From Candidatus Dadabacteria bacterium (lineage in GTDB: Bacteria; Desulfobacterota_D; UBA1144; Nemesobacterales; CSP1-2): a DNA stretch of 13,778 nt. Shown piece by piece: positions 1 to 7,798 of this stretch (positions are counted from its first letter, which is position 1; each line of letters opens with the position of its first letter). The translations under genes and the position numbers were made by a program. Below the pieces are notes generated by a model. The model did not search any database. It was not told the DNA's origin and saw only the letters and a list, made by a program, of their open reading frames with translations. The DNA is taken from positions 102,084 to 115,861 of the forward strand of contig PSLL01000002.1 in assembly GCA_040289575.1 (NCBI GenBank), in the 5' to 3' direction.

Positions 1-125
1 ATATAATAAAAGTTGGCTAAGACCTGTTTGCAGATGGGAGATGATACTTATGGAAAAGGCAAAGATTATGACGCAATCATTAGCGCCGTAATTCAGAGTA
101 TTCATCAATCAATCTCCAGAAGATA

Positions 126-2168
126 TTGGAAAATACCGTCCAGGTCACGATTAGGAATATGCCCAAGATAAAGTATATTTCGATCTTCCTGGTTGAAGGA
201 GAAGAGGCAGTTCTGAAAACCCACAGTGGCCTTCCCGATTGGTTCGTTGAGCGCATACGGCAAATCTCCCGTTCAAAGAACCCTATATGGAATGTGATTA
301 CAGAGGGAAAACCCGTGTATGTCACTGATATAGGCAAGGATACGGTCATTGACCCTATTCTAAAGGAATTGGGAATAAAGAGTTATTTATCTATACCCAT
401 TTCTTCTGAAGGCAAGACAGTAGGGGTAATAAACATAAATTCCTTGAAGAAAAACGCCTTCAATAGAGTGGAAACAAACCTACTAAAAACCATAGCCCAG
501 CAGATAGAGATAGCAATTAACAATGCCCGGTATGCAGAGACCCTGAGGAAGGCACACAATGAATTAGAAGCCCTGATTCAGGAGCGTACCGCCAAGCTCG
601 AGGAGATAAATAAAGAGTTACAGGCGGAAATCGCCGAACGCAAGAAGGCGGAGGAGGCACTCGAGCAGATCAGCCATCAAATGGAACTGGTCTTAAATTC
701 AGCCGGTGAGGGTATATGTGGGGTTGACATAAATGGGGATATAAGTTTTCTTAACCCCACTGTGGTCAGGATATTTGGTTTGGAAGCCAACGAACTTATC
801 GGTAAGCCTCGACACATGATTGTACATCACTCAAGACCTGACGGAACTATATATCCTTGGGAAGAATGTCCGGTTTATTTATCGCTTAAGGATGGAGCTA
901 CATATTATATATACAATGAGGTGTTTTGGAGGGAGAATGGTACAAGCTTCTCTGTTGAGTACATAACTGCCCCAGTTCGAGAGGGAGACAAAATAGTAGG
1001 TGCAGTAGTCACATTCAATGACATAACAGAAAGGAAGAGGATTGAAGAGGAGAGCCTTAGACTAGATAAACTGGAGTCTTTAGGGGTTCTGGCAGGCGGG
1101 ATTGCCCATGACTTTAATAACCTGCTCACCGGAATTATGACCACAATCTCCTCTACAAAGATGGATCCGCATATAAGCGCCTATGCTTATGAGAATCTTA
1201 TAGAGGCCGAGAGAGCGTGCACACAGGCAAAGCAACTTACACAGCAACTGCTCACATTCTCAAGAGGAGGGACACCCATTAAGAAGCTGACATCTATTGG
1301 ACAAATTATAAGAGAATCGGTTTCTTTTGCCCTCAGCGGCTCTAATGTGAAATGTAATGTTAGCATAGAAGGAGGTCTATGGGATGCAGAGGTAGACCGA
1401 GAACAGATAGCTCAAGTCATTACCAATCTACTAATCAATGCAGACCAGGCAATGCCCCAAGGCGGTCTGATTAGAGTAGTGGCGGATAACGTAATTAAGG
1501 GGGCAGTAGATAGCGAAGGGTCAAGGTATACAAGAATAATAGTAGAGGATTACGGTATAGGAATACCAAAAGAGCATCTTCCAAAGATATTTGACCCATA
1601 CTTTATGACAAAGCAGAGGGGCAGCGGACTCGGACTTGCAGTGGCATACTCAATAATAAGGAACCACAACGGATACATAGATGTAGAATCAGAGCTTGGC
1701 AGAGGCACTAAGTTCTATATCTACATACCTGCATCTACGAGGAGGGCAGAAGAAGAAAGAATAGAACAGAAGAAAACGCCGAGCGGAAAGGGGAAGATAC
1801 TCATCATGGATGATGAGAGGATAATAAGGACAGCAGCGGGACGCGCCCTCAGCCGTATCGGATATGAAGTCGAGTGTGCATCGGATGGAGCAGAGGCAAT
1901 AAGGTTGTATAGAAAAGCCAAAGAGATAAACAAACCCTTTGACGTGGTCATAATAGATTTAACTGTTCCGGGCGGAATCGGAGGTAAAGAGGCAATAGAG
2001 AAACTAATCAGCATTGACCCGGAGATTAAAGCCATAGTGTCAAGCGGTTATTCAAACGATTCAGTTATGTCGGAATTCAGGAGATACGGTTTTAGAGGTG
2101 TCCTCCCTAAGCCCTACACCATAGAAGAGCTAACGGATACGCTTCGCAAGGTGATAGAGGAAAAATAG
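126..2168 (+). CDS. Hybrid sensor histidine kinase (GAF - coiled coil - PAS - HisKA - HATPase_c - REC), cytoplasmic; true start probably ATG 34 with a frameshift near 106-113
   Basis: GAF tail (SYLSIPI...VGVININS...IAQQIEIAINNA); PAS/PAC ending FNDITERK; H-box LAGGIAHDFNNLL; N-box NLLINADQAM; G1 DYGIGI; F/G2 FDPYFMTK..GSGLGL; receiver ILIMDDE, IIDLTVP, LPKPY. No transmembrane segment seen. Confidence 0.93.
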   Translation: MENTVQVTIRNMPKIKYISIFLVEGEEAVLKTHSGLPDWFVERIRQISRSKNPIWNVITEGKPVYVTDIGKDTVIDPILKELGIKSYLSIPISSEGKTVGVININSLKKNAFNRVETNLLKTIAQQIEIAINNARYAETLRKAHNELEALIQERTAKLEEINKELQAEIAERKKAEEALEQISHQMELVLNSAGEGICGVDINGDISFLNPTVVRIFGLEANELIGKPRHMIVHHSRPDGTIYPWEECPVYLSLKDGATYYIYNEVFWRENGTSFSVEYITAPVREGDKIVGAVVTFNDITERKRIEEESLRLDKLESLGVLAGGIAHDFNNLLTGIMTTISSTKMDPHISAYAYENLIEAERACTQAKQLTQQLLTFSRGGTPIKKLTSIGQIIRESVSFALSGSNVKCNVSIEGGLWDAEVDREQIAQVITNLLINADQAMPQGGLIRVVADNVIKGAVDSEGSRYTRIIVEDYGIGIPKEHLPKIFDPYFMTKQRGSGLGLAVAYSIIRNHNGYIDVESELGRGTKFYIYIPASTRRAEEERIEQKKTPSGKGKILIMDDERIIRTAAGRALSRIGYEVECASDGAEAIRLYRKAKEINKPFDVVIIDLTVPGGIGGKEAIEKLISIDPEIKAIVSSGYSNDSVMSEFRRYGFRGVLPKPYTIEELTDTLRKVIEEK

Positions 2169-2249
2169 GTACCCCCAGATGAATTTGCGCTTGGCCTTAT
2201 AATACCTCTTATAGAAAGAAAAAGGGATTAATTCTATTTCCTTATGCAC

Positions 2250-2278
2250 TTGATAAGATCCGGCTATGCTGGTAGCAT
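2250..2278 (+). promoter_or_regulatory. Putative sigma70 promoter of the phosphodiesterase-cyclase unit
   Basis: TTGATA (2250-2255), 17-nt spacer, TAGCAT (2273-2278), with extended -10 TG at 2270-2271; overlapped by the palindrome TATGCT-GGT-AGCATA (2265-2279). Confidence 0.5.
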
Positions 2279-2291
2279 AAGACGACTTAAG

Positions 2292-3059
2292 ATGAAAATC
2301 TCTATTCTCGGTTGCGGCGGTGGCAGGGGAAAGAATTCAAGACCCACGGGCTTTCTAGTTGATGAGAGCCTTCTACTCGATGCTGGTACCGCTACTGAGG
2401 TTCTCGGTCTGAGAAAAAGCGCCGAGATAAATCATATTCTCATTACACACGCCCATCTCGATCATGTAGGAGACCTCCCATTTATAGCAGGCGCGGCCTT
2501 CGATTTACGGAAAGAGCCTGTTGTCCTCTGCGGTATAGAAGACGCTATAAAAGACATTTCATCCCATATATTCAACTGGCGTATATGGCCGGATGTTCTT
2601 CAGATCCCAAATACACAAGAAGCTAAGTTTTCATATAAAATTCTCAAGCCTCTGAAGAGCACAAATGTAGGTTCATACAACGTATTGCCAATCCCTGTAA
2701 ACCATGTGGTGCCAGCTGTTGGCTACATAATAGACGACGGCGAAACCGCATTTGCTTTTACCGGAGACACACACATTACAGACATCTTCTGGAAGAGGGT
2801 TCAGGATAAAAAGAGGCTACGCGCCATAATTATAGAGGCCTCTTTCCCCAGTTACATGGAAGAGATGGCCAGAATATCGGGACATCTCACTCCGCACCTG
2901 GTTAATGAGGAATTAAAAAAGCTAAAACGCAGGGATGTAGAGATCTATATATCTCATATAAAGCCACTCTATAGAGAAGAGATCATTTCAGAGCTGAGGA
3001 ATCTATCAAATAAATTACCCATTAAGGTGCTTGAAGACGGGATGGAGATAAATTTGTAA
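2292..3059 (+). CDS. 3',5'-cyclic-nucleotide phosphodiesterase, class II (metallo-beta-lactamase fold), cytoplasmic
   Basis: MKISILGCGGG start typical of the family; LLDAGT; metal motif THAHLDH; VNHVVPAVGY; FTGDT; IIEASFP; GHLTP; SHIKP. No signal peptide. Sits next to a nucleotide cyclase. Start moved from 2244 to ATG 2292. Confidence 0.85.
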   Translation: MKISILGCGGGRGKNSRPTGFLVDESLLLDAGTATEVLGLRKSAEINHILITHAHLDHVGDLPFIAGAAFDLRKEPVVLCGIEDAIKDISSHIFNWRIWPDVLQIPNTQEAKFSYKILKPLKSTNVGSYNVLPIPVNHVVPAVGYIIDDGETAFAFTGDTHITDIFWKRVQDKKRLRAIIIEASFPSYMEEMARISGHLTPHLVNEELKKLKRRDVEIYISHIKPLYREEIISELRNLSNKLPIKVLEDGMEINL

Positions 3060-3062
3060 AGA

Positions 3063-3102
3063 GATGCAGGATGCAGGATAAAAACACCTTGCATTTTGCA
3101 TC
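3063..3102 (+). other. Intercistronic 15-bp RNA hairpin with a GATGCAG heptamer-repeat arm
   Basis: GATGCAGGATGCAGG (3063-3077) pairs fully with CTTGCATTTTGCATC (3088-3102) using 3 G.U pairs; 10-nt loop; no U-tract follows. Confidence 0.65.
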
Positions 3103-3112
3103 CTAATTAGAG

Positions 3113-5242
3113 ATGAAAAAGGGCAACAGGAGCCTGTTTCTCATATCTACTGGAATCGGCCTTGTCTCGGCACTGCTCACGCTGTGCATCTACAGGTGGT
3201 CGCCCACCTTTCTAAGAGAGGTTGACCTCAGATATAGCGACTTCCGTTTTAAGCTGCGGGGAAATGTAAAGCCGGGTCCCGGTGTAGTCATTGTAGCTAT
3301 CGATGAGAAGAGTATTAATCAATTGGGAAGGTGGCCCTGGTCACGCCGCCGCCTCGCCGAGTTTGTAGAGAAGCTTGCCGATTACAGACCCAAGATAACA
3401 GCATTTGATATGACATTTTCAGAGCCGGAATCTGATGACGCCGATAGAGCCTTTGGTGCGGCTCTGGAAAAGGGTAGAGGTATTATATTAGGTTATTTCT
3501 TCCGCGAAAGCGCTACACAGGAGCCCTCCTCTGAATCGCTTAATCAGCTTAGCCGCTCAAACGTTAAACTCATAAATTTTCTTGGAAAGCCCGAACCAAA
3601 CTTTCTAGGAGAGTTTCCTTTCATAGAAACAAACATCCCTCAAATCGGAGCCCATGCTCAAGGATTTGGGTTTTTCAACTTTCCTAATGCCGATACAGAC
3701 GGGGTCTTTCGTCGTGCCCAACTCATTATGATATACAAAGGTGAAATCTACCCATCATTAGACATTGAGAGCCTAAGGCATTTTCTTGAAGAAGAAATCC
3801 TGCTCAAGGTGGCTTCTTACGGCGTAGATGGTCTTTATATTGGACGAACGAGGATACCTACAGATGAGAGAGGAGAGTTTCTCATCAACTATTACGGTCC
3901 CAGCGGAACATTTTCGACATACTCAGTTGTAGACGTACTCTCAGGAAGGATTCCGCATGATGCACTGAAAGATAAGCTGGTCTTTGTTGGCACTACCGAG
4001 ATAGGGGTCTCGGATCTGAGGTCTACCCCATTTGATCCTACATTTCCGGGCGTTGAAATACACGCCACAGTAGCAGGGAACATACTCGACGGCCGGTTCC
4101 TCATCAAAAATGATTTGACCGAGGCACTGGATATTGTTCTTATCCTAGTATTGCCAATGGTTCTCGTTCTCCTGATTATGCGCGTTGGAAAAACGCTTAT
4201 TGCAACCGGCATCTTTTTAGCCCTTCTATTCATCCATTTATTCGGGAATTATACACTTTTCACACGATTAAACCTTATCATAAGCGCCCTCTATCCCACC
4301 CTATCCCTGGGACTCGCTTATGTTTTCTATGAAGGGTACCGCAACCTCATCGCGGAGAGAAGGAGTCGGTATCTGCGTAAGGCCTTCAGCAGTTATGTCT
4401 CTCCAGAGCTTGTCGCCCAAATCCTTCAAGACCCGGATAAACTCAAGCTGGGGGGTGAGAAGAGGAGAATCACGTTGCTTTTCTCTGATATTCGCGGCTT
4501 TACTTCCCTTTCTGAGACAATGCCTCCTGATGCACTCGTCTCCCTCCTTAATGAGTATCTAAGCCCTATGACTCAAATTGTTATGAATGAGCGAGGCACA
4601 CTCGATAAATACATTGGGGATGCCATAATGGCGATCTTCGGTGCTCCGCTCGATGTTCCTGACCATCCAATGCGCGCCTGCCGGGCTGCCCTCAAAATGA
4701 TAGAAGAGTTGAAAAAGCTCTATCCAAAATGGAAAGAGAAGGAATGGCCCAATATCTCTATCGGTATAGGGATCAACACAGGAGAGGCTATTGTAGGAAA
4801 CATGGGAGCCAATATTAGGTTCGACTATACGGCAATAGGCGATACGGTTAACTTAGCTTCGCGTCTTGAGGGTCTAAACAAGCTCTATGGCACACAGATT
4901 ATTATCAGCAAATCCACCCTCGATGAGGTTGACTCCTCTCAATTCCTAATAAGGGAGCTTGATCTGGTCCAGGTAAAAGGAAAAGAAAAACCCGTCTCTA
5001 TATTTGAGCTTATTGGCACATCTGGCGAGGGACAAAAGGAGTCGCTGGTCAATCTTTTTACCGAAGCCAGGAATCTCTACCAATCACAGGATTTCTACGA
5101 GGCTATGAAAAAGTTCGCCGAGATTCTAAAGATGTTTCCCGAAGATAAACCCTCAGTCCTCTACCATAAACGCTGTCTGGAGTATATATCCCAACCGCCG
5201 CCACCTAATTGGGACGGCGTTTACATCGCTAAGGAAAAGTAA
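3113..5242 (+). CDS. CHASE2-domain membrane adenylate cyclase (class IIIb) with C-terminal TPR-like helical tail
   Basis: N-terminal TM; CHASE2 motifs VVIVAIDEKSINQLGRWPWSR, DTDGVFRR, INYYGP, PGVEIHATVAGNIL; three further TMs; cyclase motifs LFSDIRGFT (D459), DKYIGDAIMA (K499, D503), GIGINTG, DYTAIGDTVNLASR (T573, N580, R584), VKGK. Confidence 0.95.
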   Translation: MKKGNRSLFLISTGIGLVSALLTLCIYRWSPTFLREVDLRYSDFRFKLRGNVKPGPGVVIVAIDEKSINQLGRWPWSRRRLAEFVEKLADYRPKITAFDMTFSEPESDDADRAFGAALEKGRGIILGYFFRESATQEPSSESLNQLSRSNVKLINFLGKPEPNFLGEFPFIETNIPQIGAHAQGFGFFNFPNADTDGVFRRAQLIMIYKGEIYPSLDIESLRHFLEEEILLKVASYGVDGLYIGRTRIPTDERGEFLINYYGPSGTFSTYSVVDVLSGRIPHDALKDKLVFVGTTEIGVSDLRSTPFDPTFPGVEIHATVAGNILDGRFLIKNDLTEALDIVLILVLPMVLVLLIMRVGKTLIATGIFLALLFIHLFGNYTLFTRLNLIISALYPTLSLGLAYVFYEGYRNLIAERRSRYLRKAFSSYVSPELVAQILQDPDKLKLGGEKRRITLLFSDIRGFTSLSETMPPDALVSLLNEYLSPMTQIVMNERGTLDKYIGDAIMAIFGAPLDVPDHPMRACRAALKMIEELKKLYPKWKEKEWPNISIGIGINTGEAIVGNMGANIRFDYTAIGDTVNLASRLEGLNKLYGTQIIISKSTLDEVDSSQFLIRELDLVQVKGKEKPVSIFELIGTSGEGQKESLVNLFTEARNLYQSQDFYEAMKKFAEILKMFPEDKPSVLYHKRCLEYISQPPPPNWDGVYIAKEK

Positions 5243-5267
5243 ATAAAAGAACAATTACAAGAACCAC

Positions 5268-5297
5268 TTGACAATTATAGATAAAATCAAGTAGAGT
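5268..5297 (+). promoter_or_regulatory. Putative sigma70 promoter for the TPR/barrel-FecR-lipoprotein genes
   Basis: Perfect TTGACA (5268-5273), 18-nt spacer, TAGAGT (5292-5297), within a 119-nt intergenic gap; downstream SD GGAGGA at 5347-5352. Confidence 0.55.
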
Positions 5298-5361
5298 CAG
5301 TGTCAGAGGAAAACGCTTTATATCGGTTTAATTCCGGTTTCTTAAAGGAGGATAGTGAGGA

Positions 5362-6864
5362 TTGGGCGGCTATAGGTGGTTTTCTCTGATTTTTTTGCTA
5401 GTATATACTATTTCCCACGCCGCCCTGGCTCAATTTGAATTTAAACTCAATAGAGGCCTTGCTGCATACCTTAAAAAGGATTGCAAGGGGGCGATAAAAC
5501 CCCTTGAAGATGCGCTGGCGGAAAATCCACAGAGTGTGACTGCTAACCACCTACTCGGGCTTTGTCTCTTGAGATTAAACAGGTATAGCGAGTCTATAAA
5601 ATACCTGGATAAGGCAAAGAGCCTCAATCCAAATACAAAGGGAATACATCTCGATCTTGGAACCGCCTACTTGGCAGCGGGGAACCTCAATCAGGCACTC
5701 AGTGAATTTAAAGAGACGATTCGCGAAAACCCTAAGAGCGGCATCGCATACTACAACCTGGGATACACCGAATTCAGGCTCAAGAATTATAAAGAGGCGA
5801 TTAGTGCCTTCGACAAAGCGCCCACACTCGACCCCGATCTATCGCTTCAGTCCCACTTCTATGCGGGACTTAGCCGATATGAACTTGCCAACTACAGAGA
5901 GGCAAGAATTGACTTTGAGCTGGCACGAAGGCTGGGGGCAAGAACGGATACAGGCGCAGCCGCTCAGGAATACCTAGATGTAATATCGAGGCTCGGCAAA
6001 AAATACTACGGCACGGTCAGCTCAGGCGTGCAGTACGACACCAACGTCGTACTCGAACCGGATGAGATAGAGATTACAAATCAGAAAGACGTGCGCGGAA
6101 TCTTCTTCCTAAACCTGGGATACAAACCTATTCTTAAACCCGATCTCGTAATAGGAGGGGATTATACAGCCTACCTCTCCTTTCATAGAAATCTGGATGA
6201 ATTCAACATCCAAAACCACAGGGTTAATCTCTATGGTAGGAAAAAAACCTCTTTGGGCGGAGTGCCTCTGGCTCTATCACTGAATTATATTTATGACCTC
6301 GTTCTTATAAACGGGTCCCCCGCCCATGATCTTTTCTCTCAGTCCCACTCAGTTATCCCCGCCGTATCTGTGGGGATAACAAACTATACAAGCACCGAAT
6401 TTTCTTATGAGTTCAGGTATGACAACTTTAAGGATTTCCCTGAAAGAGACGCCGCAAATAACAACTTCACCATAGCCCAGGTCTTTAATCTCTATAACGG
6501 GAGGCTGAGTCTCAGGCCCGGATTTAATATAGCTATAAACAGCGCAAGAGACATTCAGGGAAGACGCAATTTTGATTACGTTGCCCCGGAGGGTTTTCTC
6601 GACATCGTCGCCTTTTTCCCATTCGGATTTACATCATTGGTAAACTTCTACTATTACAGGCAGGACTACTATCACGACCCGTTTAACAGGGTGGATAACC
6701 AGATCAATGTAAGAGTTGTGGTCTCAAAGAGGCTCTATAAACTGCTTTTTTTAGACCTCGGCTATCAACACATAACCAACCTATCAAGCAGCGATTTTCC
6801 TGGACCTGAGCCGTTTAAATATTCAAGAAGTATATTTTCAGCCACACTTAGTGCAAGGTTCTAG
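5362..6864 (+). CDS. TPR-repeat + C-terminal outer-membrane beta-barrel protein (SLAM/DUF560-like architecture)
   Basis: TTG start 9 nt after GGAGGA; signal peptide ending AALA; several TPRs (e.g. AYYNLGYTEFRLKNYKEAISAFDKA..LDP); barrel begins at GVQYDTNV, followed by alternating amphipathic strands; C-terminal BAM-type signal SATLSARF. Confidence 0.8.
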   Translation: MGGYRWFSLIFLLVYTISHAALAQFEFKLNRGLAAYLKKDCKGAIKPLEDALAENPQSVTANHLLGLCLLRLNRYSESIKYLDKAKSLNPNTKGIHLDLGTAYLAAGNLNQALSEFKETIRENPKSGIAYYNLGYTEFRLKNYKEAISAFDKAPTLDPDLSLQSHFYAGLSRYELANYREARIDFELARRLGARTDTGAAAQEYLDVISRLGKKYYGTVSSGVQYDTNVVLEPDEIEITNQKDVRGIFFLNLGYKPILKPDLVIGGDYTAYLSFHRNLDEFNIQNHRVNLYGRKKTSLGGVPLALSLNYIYDLVLINGSPAHDLFSQSHSVIPAVSVGITNYTSTEFSYEFRYDNFKDFPERDAANNNFTIAQVFNLYNGRLSLRPGFNIAINSARDIQGRRNFDYVAPEGFLDIVAFFPFGFTSLVNFYYYRQDYYHDPFNRVDNQINVRVVVSKRLYKLLFLDLGYQHITNLSSSDFPGPEPFKYSRSIFSATLSARF

Positions 6865-6876
6865 AAGGAGACGGAT

Positions 6877-7000
6877 ATGGTAGAGGAGAAATTCATAGAG
6901 CTTCTCACCAGAGGAGCCAGAGGGTTCAAGGGGTATTTATTTAAGGCACCTTTCCCTATATTCTCTACGAACCCCCTACCTAAAGTTGAAATGGTAAAGG
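6877..7000 (+). repeat. Possible degenerate in-frame palindromic insertion (114 nt) at the FecR start
   Basis: Direct repeat ATGGTAGAGG (6877-6886) / ATGGTAAAGG (6991-7000), 114 nt apart; imperfect inverted repeat 6879-6900 vs 6963-6980. Confidence 0.4.
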
Positions 7001-7779
7001 TCTGTATAATCGCTTTAATATCGGCTTTATGGATTGGCAGCGCATACGCACAGCAAAAGTCAGAATCTATAGGGATTATAACTGCAGTCAAGGGTCAGGT
7101 TACCGTAATAAGCGGCGGGGTAAGTGAGCAGGTAGATCAAGGAGCCAAGGTATTTTTAGGTGACAGGTTCCAAACAGGAGAGAACTCAGGGGCGAAGATT
7201 CTATTTAATGATGATACACTGATCTCTCTGGGCGCAAACACCAAATTTGAAATCACAGAGTTTGTATATAATCCTTCAAGAAGAAAGTCTGTCTCAAATA
7301 TAGTCACAGGAAAAATCAAGGCAATTATTCAGAGATTTGAAGGTGAGACCGATGTTCAGTTCGTTACTCCTAAGGGCATAGCCGGTGTAAAGGGGACAAT
7401 ACTTTTTATAGATGCAGACAGAGGCATTTTCTTTGCCCTTGAGAGAGAGGTTTACGTAAGGGGTACTGTTCCGGGGGCAAGGGAGATAAGGCTAGAGCCG
7501 GGAGAATTTACAACGATTGGACCCGACGGAAATCCGCTAAATCCTGCGCCTATCCCAGATGAACTGAAGAATGAATTACAACAGGATACTCAGGTTAATG
7601 AGGAGGTGCCCTCGAGAGACTCGTTATATAAAGAAGACTACCCCGGTAAAAAGCCTCTTCATACAGGCATCCTATCAGAGCTCGGAGCATTTGCACCCCT
7701 AGAACAGCCTGCTGATCTGCTTCCCGGGGTTAATCAAAAGGATGAGGCTCCGGTGGACGTTATAGTGGTGCCTCGATAA
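6877..7779 (+). CDS. Exported FecR-domain protein (no anti-sigma cytoplasmic domain); alternative start ATG 6991
   Basis: SD AAGGAG before 6877; signal peptide MVKVCIIALISALWIGSAYA from residue 39; FecR-type strands IGIITAVKGQV, GDRFQTGENSGAKILFNDDTLISLGANT, FVTPKGIAGVKGT; acidic/Pro-rich tail. Confidence 0.85.
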   Translation: MVEEKFIELLTRGARGFKGYLFKAPFPIFSTNPLPKVEMVKVCIIALISALWIGSAYAQQKSESIGIITAVKGQVTVISGGVSEQVDQGAKVFLGDRFQTGENSGAKILFNDDTLISLGANTKFEITEFVYNPSRRKSVSNIVTGKIKAIIQRFEGETDVQFVTPKGIAGVKGTILFIDADRGIFFALEREVYVRGTVPGAREIRLEPGEFTTIGPDGNPLNPAPIPDELKNELQQDTQVNEEVPSRDSLYKEDYPGKKPLHTGILSELGAFAPLEQPADLLPGVNQKDEAPVDVIVVPR

Positions 7780-7798
7780 AATAAAAGGGGTTCGAATA

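Noticed and set aside
1480..1840. Purine-rich stretch with many A-ending codons in the kinase, suggesting a recombined segment
   Set aside because: Impression only; no breakpoints seen and not quantifiable here.
2244..2291. PDE start at 2244
   Set aside because: The extension overlaps the predicted promoter, and the family-typical N-terminus starts at 2292.
2292..5242. Cyclic-nucleotide anti-phage system (Pycsar/CBASS-like cyclase plus MBL nuclease)
   Set aside because: The cyclase is a CHASE2 membrane receptor with ATP-type specificity residues, no cNMP-binding TIR or TM effector is adjacent, and there is no defence-island context.
80..7319. Other short overlapping ORFs (80-349, 905-1144, 1721-2035, 3892-4233, 4320-4562, 5430-5627, 5657-5977, 6861-7091, 7137-7319)
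   Set aside because: All lie within or antisense to strongly supported genes and have no recognisable features.
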